DNA from: Eledone cirrhosa
Lineage: Eukaryota
Length of the DNA stretch: 64,000 nt
Direction: 5' to 3'
Assembly (NCBI GenBank): GCA_964016885.1
Contig: OZ024740.1
Location: 297,352,001 to 297,416,000 of the forward strand
The notes beneath the pieces were generated by a model, which did not search any database, was not told where the DNA came from, and worked only from the letters and a program-made list of their open reading frames with translations. Shown piece after piece: positions 13,386 to 28,020 of this stretch (the stretch's first letter is position 1; every line of letters starts with the position of its first letter). The position numbers and the translations under genes were made by a program.

Positions 13386-14452
13386 TACATACATACATAC
13401 ATATACATGAGCAACACCTTCAACAGAGGAAAAAGGTTGGCAACCATCTTGCCCAGGTTTATGAGCATGAAAAAAAAAATATCATTAGAATAGCGACTGA
13501 TCTGGAGGAGAGATATGGAATAAAGCCTGATATAAATCTCACACCCAGAGAAATCGGAAGATCCTATTCAATGTTCAAACAAGATAAAAAAATTGACCAA
13601 TTTACAGAAAAGGTTGTGCATGGATACTTGAGGCGTAAAACACAGACCATAGAGGGGATAAACCACTCAAAAAGCCTGGCATGGAGTTCCGACAAGTTTA
13701 TGACATCACACCTTGAGGGATATCTCTATGCAATACAGGAACAAGAACTCCCTACCAAATATCTGCTGCACAAAAGAGGAGGGACAGCAGCAGACAATAA
13801 ATGTAGGCTATGTAAAACAAAGATCGAGGATGTAAGCCACATTGTTGCCAGCTGCGAAAGAATGTCATCTCGCTACTACCTCCTCATGAGACACGATGGG
13901 ATAGCTAGAACCATCTGGAACGCACTTCGGAAAACAAAATTAACAACAAACGAGGAAGAATATATTGAGACGGATGGCACTAAGGAATACTGGTGGAACC
14001 TGAAAATAAAAATTGCCACCAAATTAAAGCACAACCGGCCTGATATTGTTGTTTGGGACCACACATTGAAAACGTGTTCTGTTGTGGAGATCAGCTGGCC
14101 ACTTGATGTAAACGTTGTCAGAAAAATACAGGAGAAGGAGGACATCTACGGACCATTGATGAGGAGTTTACAAATCCAGTATCCAAGATACACCTTTAGC
14201 TTCATACCCATCATTATTGGAGCTACGGGTTATATACCAACCCGCTTAGACCATTGTATGACTGAACTTGGATTTGCGGACAAAAAGCGCAGCTCCCTAA
14301 TTCATAGTCTACAAATGGCTGCGATAGCTTGCACCTTCAAAATTTGCAAAACATTCTTGCGATTCAAGAGATGACAATTTCTTTTCTTTTACAACCTTGC
14401 CACCAGGAAGGTGGCCGGTCAAATAAATATACTCGAAATTAAGAGAAAGAGA
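13386..14452 (+). mobile_element. 5'-truncated R4/Dong-type non-LTR retrotransposon; open C-terminal ORF (to 14374) with zinc knuckle and restriction-like endonuclease
   Basis: AIQEQ, CRLC-x7-H-x4-C, RHD, RPDIVV..VVEIS.P..K...Y motifs. Bounded on both sides by (CATA)n. Confidence 0.9.
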
Positions 14453-14772
14453 TACATACATACATACATACATACATACATACATACATACATACATACA
14501 TACATACATACATACTTTGTGAAAGCACGTGGCTGAGTGGTTAGAATATTGGATTAGCAACAGTGAGATTGTGAGTTCGATTCTCGGACCGGGCGATGCT
14601 TTATGTCCTTGAGCAAGACACTTTATTTAGCGTTGCCCCTTCTGCCTGGATTTGCGACCGGTAGATAGTATTAGCAATTGGAAAAACCAATGGAAACATT
14701 GTTTCCTCGGTCCGATTTCACGAGCTCTACCCCACTCGTTAAGTTAATGAGGACTAGAGTCTTGTCAATCGA

Positions 14773-15955
14773 CTGTTACATACATACATGCATACATGCT
14801 CACATACAACTCAAGACATACACATCCACACATACAATAACATCCATACCTGCACACACATGCATGCAGACATGCATACATATCTACCTAGTTGATGTTG
14901 TGTAAATTCCAATGAGAGAGTCTTGTGTCTATGTTAGAAACCGACTCTCTCTCTCTCTATTGGCAAACATTTGTGAAATTATAAAACCAAAAGAACATAC
15001 ATACATACATGCAAGCATGCATACATACATATATACATATCAGTGGAATACTAAAGAAAAACGAGAAAGGTAAAAAAAATTTATTCAGTTGTAGCTACAG
15101 AAGAAAGCAAAATTATAAATCGCATTTCTCTTGGAGTTGGGAACTTAATGATGATTTATTTAATTGTTATAAAATGGCAAAAAACAATCCTTCCATTGGC
15201 TATATGAACAGAATGAAGCTACACTGGGACGAAACCTGTTTATATGCAACGACAGTGAAGCATTATCTTGGTGATAGCAGAGATATTAACAAGAACAAAA
15301 CACCACCAAAAATACCATCATATATAACTAAAATAGAAAAAAAGATTTCGAACCTACGGAAAACCATAGGATATGAAAAACTTTCAATTGGTAAAAAATT
15401 TGTGAAATTATAAAACCAGAAGATATACATACATACATGCATACATACATACATACATACATACATACATACATACATACATACATACATACATACATAC
15501 ATACATAATGAGAAATTTGCAGATACTCCACCCTGATTACACCTTCAGATTTATACCTGTGATTATTGGGGCACTGGGGTATGTTAGTAACTGCCTCAAT
15601 ACAAATCTTGAGAAGCTAGGCTTCACAGGAACAGAAAGAGCACAACTAGTTAGGAAATTACAAGTACAATCCATTAATGGAACAGTAAAAATATGTAAAA
15701 CATTCCAAACATTGTGCATCTAATAACTGCATATACACATGTACAGATACAAAGCATATACACATGCACACATACAACTCAAAACATACACATCCACACA
15801 TACAATAACATCCATATCTACACATGCATGCATACATACATATCTACCTAGTTGATGTTGTGTAAATTCCAATGAGAGAGTCTTGTGTCTATGTTAGAAA
15901 CCAACTCTCTATCTATTGGTAAAACTTTGTGAAATTATAAAACCAAAAGAACATA
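14773..15955 (+). mobile_element. Head-to-tail fragments of a second R4/Dong-type family separated by (CATA)n
   Basis: 3' UTR at 14773-14996; N-terminal piece WSWELNDDLFNCY..GYMNRMKLHW at 15040-15400; C-terminus FIPVIIGALG..VKICKTF plus 3' UTR at 15508-15955. Confidence 0.85.
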
Positions 15956-16931
15956 CATATAAACATACATACATCGGTTTTGACGATGATTATTCCAGCT
16001 GTTCGAACAACAGAACTCTCTGCTCATTGGCTGAGTATTTTACAAACACGTGTCCTCTTAACGAAATTCTCGCGGAGAATCAGCGTGACATGGTGTCTGA
16101 CACGGCTGATCCATTGAATTCGAGGTACACTCCATTCAACAGGCTTCCAAACAGTTTCTGTCTACCTAATTTCACTCACAAGACATGGTTTGACCCGAGA
16201 CTATGGTAAATGATTTTATTCAAGAGATCACGTTGTGGCACCAAACCTTGGACCAAATGATTGCGAAATGACATATTAACCATTCGACCAAGTTGTGTCC
16301 ACACACACAGACACATAGTGAAAACATCTATGATGAACTAATGAGGAACCTGCACACACTCCACCTTGCTTATAACTAGATTTGTACTTGTAACCCTTAA
16401 GGCACATAAAAATGTTGCTGACTCCCACAGCACAAATCTTGACAAGCCGGGCTTCACAAAACTAAAAGAGCACGACTAAGTAATAAATTATAAGTATACC
16501 CCATCAATAGAACTGTAAGAATATGTAACATATTCCATATTTTTAAAATGCATCTATGCTTACATGCGTGGACACGTAATTCCTGAGGGATTCGCAGGAG
16601 CACCGTATTGACATACGGCGTTTCTAGGGCGTTTTTTAAACCTAGCGGAGCCCATCTCCTCTCCAGGTCTGTATACAGCAGATTTTTTCCAGAGACGGAT
16701 AGAGAGAGTCGAAGAATAGCAGTTAAAAAGAAATATAAAGGAAGAATTGACCGCAGCACTAGACTAGTATTTTTTTATCGACCTCAAATGGATGAAAGGA
16801 AAAGTTGACCTCGGCGGGATTTGAACTCAGAGAGCAGCGAGTCGGAACGAATACCGCAAATCATTCTATCCGATGTTGTAACGACTCTGCCAATTCGCAG
16901 CCTATGTTTAACTTGCGCATAGACACATGTA

Positions 16932-17470
16932 CGAAGGGGCTTCAAAAAGTTAGTGGAAAAAATACATAGCTAAAAATCATATGCAGATCTCAATACACCT
17001 GTACGTTCTCCTTTTAACGTGTCATAACACGTTCTAACGTGAACCCTTAAATGCATGTTGCAACGTGGTGCCGCCAGTCGGAAGTCAGCACCCACTCGAG
17101 CAACATGGTCTCCATCAAAACATCAAATTCGTGGAGAAGCTAGGGTGGAAGAGTAGCAAATCATTGACGCTCTGGAGCAAGTTTATGGGGTCAATACCCC
17201 AAAGAAATCAACAAGCTATAAATGGATGATATTTTAGAAGTGGAAGAGATGAGGTTGAAGATGATCCCAGTTGAAAATGTAAAAAAAGGTGCTTTGACAT
17301 GGTTTAAATCACATGGGGGCTCTCAGTTTTACACAGATGGACTTAAAAGCTGGTATCAATGCTTGCAGAAGTGTATTGACCTAGATGAAGCAGATTGAAA
17401 AATAAACATTATAATTTAAACCGTTATTCCCAACTGTCCTTTTTCCACGAACTTTTTGAAACCCCCCTCG
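16932..17470 (+). mobile_element. Internally deleted mariner (Hsmar2/irritans-like), TA-flanked
   Basis: TIRs CGAAGGGGCTTCAAAAAGTTAGTGGAAAA and TTTTCCACGAACTTTTTGAAACCCCCCTCG, with TA on both sides. Encodes remnants KLGWKSSKIIDALEQVYG and WYQCLQKCIDLD. Confidence 0.85.
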
Positions 17471-17694
17471 TATATGTGTTAATGTAAAATTCAAGATATA
17501 CAGAACCACACTTGCAATGGCATCCATAACTGCATAGATACATACACTGCAGACAGGCATAATTCTCTAGTAGATGTCTAAATTCTAATGAAATTCCTTT
17601 ATTTCTAAGATAGAAACTGACTCTCTCTATTGAAGAGAAATTTCAAAACATACACAGGTTCATTCAAAGAGACAGATATATATATATAAATATA

Positions 17695-17837
<143 letters not shown>

Positions 17838-18705
17838 CTGATGCATGTCCGTTGGTTCCGACAAGAAGTGCTCCAGTTGGTTAACTAAGACGACTCCGAA
17901 ATTCTTCAGAAATATATTATAAACACAAAAATCGAAACAAAACCGACAAGACAATGAAATATACATAGTTTCAATGCATACACTACAACGTACTTATTCT
18001 TTATAGATATCTTTATTTTGGTGGCTTCCCATGAATTTTATTTGATACTATAAGCTTTATCGAAGTTTTTATTTCTTTTCCTATAGACGAATAGCCAAAA
18101 CAACAGGGCATAACGGACAAAAAGGACATTCGTACCTACGTTACTTTAATATTCTCATAAATTTCCAATTTTGCTTATCGTTTCTAACCGCATATTCATG
18201 TATATGGCGGACTGCCGTGTTTAATAATTACACCAAAGCGTACCTGTCAGTTAATTACTGTATTTTAGAAGCAGACATGTGGCATACGGAACATGCATGA
18301 TTCAAATCATTTCTCTCTATTTTTCCGTCACCGGGCATAGTTTATTAGACTTATTCAACTATTCTGTATAGTTATCTGCATTGTAGCTTTGAAGTGATAA
18401 ACGTATTGCTTTTGAGAAGTGCAGAATCTGTTGGGCATACAGTAAAAGAAACAGTTTACTTATGTATAATCGTTTGCAATTTGCTCGTGTGTGAATGTTT
18501 ACTAGTCAACTGGATGGACTTTGCCTGGACTATACATATATAAAGACACAAATACACACACACACACATACATTCATACATAAACACTACACATAAAGAT
18601 ATGCCTACACACATACACACATATATATATATATATACGTACACACACGCGCACGTATATATATATGTATATATATATAGACATATTCATGTATATATAT
18701 GTATA

Positions 18706-18984
<279 letters not shown>

Positions 18985-19067
18985 AAAAACGAGGAAGTTT
19001 CGCCTATATATGAAAAATATTTGATTGATTTGGTACCAACACCAATATTTCACCGTACTACCTACAC

Positions 19068-19156
<89 letters not shown>

Positions 19157-19177
19157 GTGTGTGTGTGTGTGTGTGTG

Positions 19178-20170
19178 TAGGTTGGACAGAAAGTTCACGA
19201 AGTTTTTCAAATGTTTATTGACTTTTTCCCTTTTGTAACATTAGGAGACATTTACAGGTCAAAATCTGCCATCATATAGGAAGGCACATGATTTCTTCTC
19301 AGTAGAATTCTTCTGGCTTCGATGTTAAATCAGCCACTGATTTAACTGTTCTTCATTGGTGAAGGTCTTTGACTGCATTACATTGTCATTGAGAGGAAAG
19401 GGTTATGGCCTGAAGGCGCAAGGTCGGATGAATACGGCAGGTGGCGCAGAACCTCCCAACCTATCTCCAGGAGCTTTCCATGGGTCATGCCTGATGTATG
19501 CATTATCATAAAGGAATCAAACAGGATCATGGTGTGGACGCACCTGTGCGATTTAAGCCGCTACTCTGTCAAATTGTTGGCAATAGGCTTCAGAGGTAAC
19601 GCTTGTGTTTGCTGGGTGTAACCCGTAATGGATGAGACCTTTCCAGTCCCACTAGATGCTCATTATGACCTTGCGAGGATGAAGGCCGGCTTTGCTTGTC
19701 ATTGAGGCGCACTCTCTTTATCAACAGACGATCGCTTGTGCTTGACATCATTTTTTCATCACGAGTGACAATAGAACGTAACCATTTGGTTGTGCGATGG
19801 TAGGAGAGCAGACTCATCGCACCTACTGCCCAATATCCACGATTGCCGTCCGTCAGATTGTGGGGCACTCATTTGTCTAGCTTGGACACCTTTCCCTATT
19901 GTATGCAAGGGATTTAGGATGGTTGTTATCGATTACCCAAGCACTTCGGATAGTTGAAGTGTTGTCTGGTGTGGGTCGGTTTCCACCAGTGCACGCAGTT
20001 GATTTTCAAGACTGTAATCAGCAGAACAGAAACATGCGGACCATTCTCTGGCACTGCGTTCAGATAAAGTGTGTGACCCGAATGTATATTTAATGCAATG
20101 ACTTGATGCTGCTAATCGTAGGCCAGATTTGATGTCATAAAATACGAATAAACTTTAAAGTACGAATAAA
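19178..20170 (-). pseudogene. Degenerate mariner transposase
   Basis: Remnants of (W)VPHNLT, IVTRDEK and HLPYSSDLAPS motifs, with many stops and frameshifts. Confidence 0.8.
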
Positions 20171-20357
20171 GAGCTACGAATAAACGACTTAGATAGATCC
20201 CTGTTGCTTCCCCTTTGACACCATAACAGAACATGAGAAATGCACATAGTGAATAGCAACGTCACTTCTTATATGTGTGTGCATGCGCAATTTCAACATT
20301 TCCCAAAAGAACTACCATAATACCTCCTTTTGCAAAACAGCGGGAAATTTTAAATCA

Positions 20358-20450
<93 letters not shown>

Positions 20451-20462
20451 AAAAGAGTCAGG

Positions 20463-20558
20463 ACCCCAAGGGCAGAGCTCCGGCCGTTTCGACAGCTAGA
20501 TCCGAACTAAGTCGGCAGTATTAGAACGGCGGGAATCTAGCTGAACTTATCAAGAGGT
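20463..20558 (-). ncRNA. Type I hammerhead of family X (U3-A8 core, long stem II; cleavage site mutated)
   Basis: Reverse complement reads acctc TTGATAA g..cagctagat...atctagctg..c GAAA cggc-loop-gccc TT ggggt. Confidence 0.6.
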
Positions 20559-20699
20559 ACAGTCCATATATGGACATGCAATCAAAACAAAAAAAAAAAC
20601 AGAAATATCAAAGCAAACAATCCTAAAAATGTGTTGTATTTTCTTGTCTGTCATGGGGAGTGGTCAAAGTATTACGATGTGATGTACATGATTAAATTC

Positions 20700-21097
20700 C
20701 ATCATTTCAGATTTATGCCTGTGATTATTGAGGCACTGGGGTATGTTAGTAACTGACTCAATACAAATCTTGAGAAGCAAGGCTTCACAGGAACAGAAAG
20801 AACACAACTAGTTAGGAAATTACAAGTACAATCCATTAATGGAACAGTAAAAATATGTAAAACATTACAAAGATTGTGCATCTAATAACTGCATATACAC
20901 ATGTACAGATACAAAGCATATACACATGCACACATACAACTCAAAACATACACATCCACACATACAATAACATCCATACCTACACATGCATGCATGCATG
21001 CAGACATACATATCTACCTAGTTGATGATGTGTCTATGTTAGAAACCGACTCTCTCTCTATTGGCAAAAATTTGTGAAATTATAAAACCAGAAGAAC
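20700..21097 (+). mobile_element. R4/Dong-type 3' fragment with (CATA)n tail
   Basis: Near-identical to 15540-15955. Confidence 0.85.
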
Positions 21098-22919
21098 ATA
21101 CATACATACATACATACATACATACATACATGCATGCATGCATGCATGCATGCATACATACATACATACATACATACATACATACATACATACATACATA
21201 CATACATACATACATACATACATACATACATACATACATACATACATACATACATACACACTCATATTATCTAACGTTTCGCAATTCTCTTCTACTTTCA
21301 GCATCAGCTATTTCAGCGAAAACACCGGCCGCCATCACGTTGGGACTTTTCATAGCTTTGGCGCCCGTAATATTAGAAACCGACGATTTCTTCTGAGTAA
21401 TCGCAATAGTCGTCACCGATTCAATAGGAATGCCCGGAACCGGTTCACCGGACTTGAAAAACTTTACGAACGTTTAGGTTATATAAGAGGGAATCGCGAA
21501 GAATCTGATGAAGAAGATGAGGGTGAGTACCTTTTTCTTTACCTGTTTATTGAGGCGGAGAAGGGGAGAGCTCATGCCCCCTTGTCAGGCCCTCTAAGAC
21601 CGGCGGGACAAGGGTTCAGCAAAGTTTTCGGCGTGATGAGAGTCCTCTCAAACCTGCCACCTGGTCTGAATGCTTGCCACAAAAAGGATTCCGTTACTGA
21701 TTACTAAATAGGATATCAAATATGTATGTATGGTCCCGTAACTCTTAGTGGAGAAGTATGGACACCATAGTGACATGCATAATTTCTTGAGTATTTTAAT
21801 GGTACTTATTCCTCTCCAGATTAGAACACAGTCAATTTCTTCCAGAAAAGAAGAGAGAGATTGAAGGGAAGTCAGAAATTAATAAATAGAAAAAAAAAAC
21901 CAATCCCAGAAAAGTGAAAACACCAGTAATGCACTGGGGTAATTGCTGGCCTTGCGCCAAAAGTAGAAACAATTATATATTATTAGCCCAATAGATTCTG
22001 ATCGCTTGCATGCTTGCATCTCAGGATATCTACACAACATTCAAAGAAACCACGCAACAACATAATTTAATAAGAAGTTGTAATTGGTTAGATAAATGAC
22101 TGAGGTTTCTTTATGCGAATATATGCTAACAAGCAATAGCTGCATATATGCAGCTGCACTGCTAATTTAATATCACGAATTGTTGCAATATATATCGAGA
22201 AAAACTCGTACGGTACTGTTATTTAACATCAAAATGGAAAAAACTATCACAATCCTAGCCCTCACCACCATGAACAACATCTGGCTCATACACATTTTTC
22301 ATCTTATACTCATGTTTAGCAATAACAAAGGGACTTCTATGCAATTACGCAATTACGTGTCTCGGGCATTTAAACCTAGCCCATAACTCTCCAAATCTAA
22401 ATATAGACGAAGAGAAGGTGGGGGTAGAGGGGGGGGGGGATTAGTGATAAAGCGATATAAAGGAAAAAATGCCCAAGACTTGACTTGAAGTCTATATATG
22501 ATGAGAGGCAAAATTGACCTCAACGAGATCTGAATTCAGAGAGCAGAGAGCCGGAACGAAAACCGCAAAGCTGTCTATTCGAAGTTATACTGGTTCTGTC
22601 AATTTTTCACATTATTAGCGAATGTTATCACCACCACCACCAACAACAACAACAACAACATTACCACCACCAACAACAACAACATCACCACCGCTATCAC
22701 CATTATTACTAACACCACCACTACCAACACCACCATGACCAGCACCAACACCAACGACAACAACACTACTGTCAATTCACCAAATTATTAGCGAATACCA
22801 TCACAACCAACAACAACAACGACAACATCACCATCACCAGTAACACCACCAACAACACCAACAACAACAACAACGCTACCGCCATCGTCATCGTTATAAT
22901 TCTCCTCATGGTTATCAGG

Positions 22920-23215
22920 TGAAGGTGCTTAGCCTACATTTTCGGCTTTCGATTAAAAAGCGTGTGTTCGTTTCCCGGCTTCATATTGTGTCCTTAAGCA
23001 AGACACTGTATTTCATATTGCCTCAATCCGCTAAGCTGGCAAAATTGAAAGGGCCATCTTTGTCACACATTGTGTCACACTAAATCTCATTGGAATTTAG
23101 GTTCATGGTACATGTGTCTGTGGACTTGTTAGCTACTTGTGCGTTAATTTCACGAGCTGGCTGTTCCGTTGATCAAACAACAGGAACACGCGTTGTCGGA
23201 GCCAACGAACGCCCA
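22920..23215 (+). mobile_element. tRNA-derived SINE (second family) with (ATC)n tail
   Basis: B-box remnant and GTGTCCTTAAGCAAGACACT body motif. Confidence 0.65.
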
Positions 23216-24820
23216 TCATCATCATCATCATCATCATCATCATTATCTTCATTATTACGACTAATGACAAGATATCGCCAGACAAACTGGAGGTGGGGTG
23301 GCATTACTCTGAAACCAACACTAGAAACCTCTTTAACAAGCCATGAAGGGGGCCTCAACTTGGTCACGCTATATGCTAGAAATAGAAGCTAAATCATCCC
23401 CAAATAACAGCCTAACGTTTTAAAAACGGAAAGACACACGAGATAATATTATTCTAGGCACCCTTAAAAAGGTGGGATGGTCACGGCTAGAATCTCTTTA
23501 AACATAGGTCTGCTGGATTAAAGTTTACCTAGTTCTAAGCAACAACTTTGCAACTAGAAAAATCAATATGACACATCTTTCACCATCAATACCATAACCA
23601 ACTCCACTATCATCACTATCAACACCAATATTATCACCCCCACCAATAATACCCCCATCACCACCTCCCTCGCCATTAACACTAACACTTCCACCTATAT
23701 TGGTTTCTGATTTAGACAGAAGACCAACAATTTGGGCAGAGGATGAAAGTCGATTAAATGGACCCCAGTATTTGACTGGTATTTTATTTTACCAACCTCC
23801 GAAGAATAAAACGCCAAGTTGAAGTGAACGTGATAACGTAGCAAGTCCTAACTAAATACCACCAAGCATCTTGTCCGATTCTCTACTGATGCTGCCAATC
23901 CATCGCCCTACTGCAACCTAAAAGACCCCATTCCGCCACGACTATCTATGGGTTTTGCACCTAGAAAGTCCCTCACCGAGGCACATGCCTGGACAATGTG
24001 TTTTATGGAAGATCAGCAGTTTCCTATGTATTGTCAGTCTCTACTTTTTGCGCCAGAAATGTAAAGGACGATATAGCTTAGCACCAGTGACGCCGCAACT
24101 CATTTTCCCAGCGGAGCAAATCAGAGCAACGTGAAATAAAATGTTTTGCTCAAGGATACAACGCTCCATTCGGTCCTGCAATCGAACTCACAATGCTCTA
24201 ACGACTAAGCCGTGCGCCTTTACGAATAATGATTTTTGATTTAAGCGCAAGACCAACAATTTTGGTAGAATGGGTGAAAGACAAAGTTTATCTCGACAAT
24301 AATATCACTAAGGAATTAAAAATAACAACTTCATCGCAACCACTAGCGCCACGAAATTCACCCCTCTCACCACCACCACCACCACCACCACAACAACAAC
24401 AACTACTACTACTACTACTACTACTACAAATAAACACCAGCACTACCAAAACCAACACCGCCATCACCACCACCAACGACCATCATCACCATCCACAATA
24501 CCAGCATTAATGACGATGACTGTAACAGCATCGACAACGGCATAGCAGTAGAGACAGTCACAGGCACAACCAAAGCAGTGATCGAGAAATGGGAGGTTGC
24601 GGTGCCCTGTAAGAGAAGACGAAAGTTGTGTATTTCGTTCTTCTTGATGTAATTATTGTGGATAGAAGAAGCGGAATCGGTTGAGATAAATGTTTTGCAG
24701 CTACAACGATAATGGAGCTGGTAGGGATGGCCTATTTGTGAGATGGCAACGAGTATAGTTGACATAAACGGAGGTACAGAGACGGAGGTACAGAGACGGT
24801 GTTAGTGTGAGCATTGTTGC

Positions 24821-25085
<265 letters not shown>

Positions 25086-25147
25086 CCCTTATCACTCAAG
25101 CTCTCTTTCTCACACGCAGAGACACATTCAGACACGCACACACACAA

Positions 25148-25189
<42 letters not shown>

Positions 25190-25225
25190 GTGTGTGTATG
25201 TGTGGGTGTGTATTCATACCTAAAT

Positions 25226-25261
<36 letters not shown>

Positions 25262-25319
25262 GTGTGTGTGTGTGTGTGGACTAGTACACACACACACACA
25301 CAACTACACGTACACTCAT

Positions 25320-25364
<45 letters not shown>

Positions 25365-25612
25365 TTTGGGAGTGGTTGAGGGTATATGTGTGAGTGTGTA
25401 TGCCTGTCAGTAGTTTTTAATAAATTGTTTCACGTAGATAGATAATCAGCTGGTGCCAAGATAAATTAGACCAATCTCTCCTTAGATTTCTTGAACGGCC
25501 TTGGCTAAAATATTTCTATCTTTGGATCTATGTGAAAGTGAACACGTAGAATCCACCCCACGACAACAGCAGCAGCTGCAACAACACCATCAGCACCAGC
25601 AGCAACACACGC

Positions 25613-25648
<36 letters not shown>

Positions 25649-25717
25649 GAAAAAAAACACAGTAGTGTTGATCATATATTTTTTTTTTTTTTATTTCTAA
25701 ATCGTAATATATATATG

Positions 25718-25797
<80 letters not shown>

Positions 25798-25802
25798 TAA
25801 AT

Positions 25803-25833
<31 letters not shown>

Positions 25834-25978
25834 AATATATATATTTATATATATAAATATACATATATATAAATATATATATATATAAATATATATATAT
25901 ATAAATATATATATATATAAATATATATATATAAATATATATATATATAAATATATATATATAAATATATATATATAA

Positions 25979-26041
<63 letters not shown>

Positions 26042-26194
26042 TGTGAGTGTGTTGGTATGCATATAAACTAACGAGCTGAAACACAACACTGTTTACATAA
26101 CCACATGCCTGATTAACAAACATTGTTTCTTTAACACCCAGTCACACCCACATCGAACCCTTCATTACCGTCACATCCACACACACGTACCCCG

Positions 26195-26256
<62 letters not shown>

Positions 26257-27066
26257 TGAAGAATTAAGCCGCCTCATTTTACATTTACCTCGCGCAGTCA
26301 CATTTTCATACGCTTGTTTTGCGTGCACACATCTGTATGATTGTGTCTATACTTCTTTCTGTATATTGACACGCATCTGAGGAAATCATACAATGGGGAT
26401 TTCAAGAAGTATATTTTCCAGAGCAAATAGTAGCAACTCACGATCGAATTACTATAGCAGTCACAGAGGTCTGCGATCGGAAGCACGTAACATCCCCAAG
26501 TTAGAAGCAGAGAACGTTGGTTTGTTGTTAACAAATGGTAACTTAACTGTCCATATCTTCTTCTTCTTCTTCTCAAGTTATTATTACTATTGCTGTTACA
26601 TTCCATCATCATTATCTCCATCATCATCATCATCATCATCTTCATCTTTCTTGTATGGAAATATATATAGAGAGTTGTGCATGTTTATTTTTGTGTGCTT
26701 TAACTTTCGTTTCAAGGTCTGATGTCAGGTAAAAGTCGATTATATAGACTCCAGTACTTGACTGTTACTTTATTTTACCGATCTTGGCAGTAATGGAAAG
26801 CAACGTTAACCACGGTGGACTTTGAAATTAAAATGTAAAGAGTTTGAAGAAATATGTCAAACCCTTTTTTTCGATGCTTTTACGATTTTGCCATTCCACC
26901 TTCTTTAATTTTTCCTCTCATTTACGTCATTTATAGTCCTTTCCTCTACATACCTATTCAGCCAGATCTACATTTCTTCACCACTTCACCCCTTTTTTCA
27001 TTACTTAATTTTGTTTTCATCTTTTTTTTATTCATATTTCAATTTTTGTTTGTAAAATATAGTTCA

Positions 27067-27250
27067 TAATTGTTTCTACTTTTGGCACAAGGCCAGCAAT
27101 TACCCAGTGTATTACTAGTACTTTATTTTATCGACCCCGTAAGGATGAAAGGCAAAGTTAACCTCGGCGGGATTTGAACTCAGAATGGCAAGGGCCGTAA
27201 CTCTATGCGCCAAAGCATGGCGTCCGACCCTCTACCGATACTGCCAATTC
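27067..27250 (-). mobile_element. SINE family S1
   Basis: Full match to the S1 pattern. Confidence 0.85.
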
Positions 27251-27341
27251 ACCAGTTCATAATAGCAGTGGATCGGATGGCTAAAAGTTATGTATATTTA
27301 ATATATTTTAACTCTCTATGTATTTATATATGTATGCACAT

Positions 27342-27391
<50 letters not shown>

Positions 27392-27429
27392 ACATATACA
27401 CACACATGAATATATATATATTTATATAT

Positions 27430-27604
27430 AAGAAAAGAGTCAAGACCTCGAGAGCTGATCTCCGGCCGTTCCGACAGTTGGATCCGACTCTTTTCCTATT
27501 ACGGTTTCCTGACTCCTTTCCTATTACCCACTCAACTACCCTAAGTGTCGAATATTCTGGTGCGTTATGGTCTACCTGGTATCTTACCACACCTTCTATG
27601 TTAT
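27430..27604 (+). mobile_element. Family X element, diverged
   Basis: Same architecture as 24854-24976. Confidence 0.65.
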
Positions 27605-27605
27605 A

Positions 27606-27666
<61 letters not shown>

Positions 27667-27681
27667 ATGTATTTACATATG

Positions 27682-27776
<95 letters not shown>

Positions 27777-27826
27777 ACACATCCAAACGTACATTCTTAA
27801 CTGTAATTATTTTGTTATCACTTATA

Positions 27827-28020
27827 AGGGCGGTGACTTGGCAGAATCTTTAGAGGGTCTGACGCCATGCTTCGCAGCATGGAGTTACGGCCCTTTCCAT
27901 TCTGAGTTCAAATCCCGCCGAGGTTACCTTTGCCTTTCATCCTTACGGGGTCGATAAAATAAAGTACCAGTAATACACTGGATTAAGTGCTGGCCTTGTG
28001 CCAAAAGTAGAAACAATTAT
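27827..28020 (+). mobile_element. Full-length SINE S1 with TSD
   Basis: Begins GGGCGGTGACTTGGCAGAATC. AATTATTTTGTTATCACT-like sequence lies on both sides. Confidence 0.85.
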
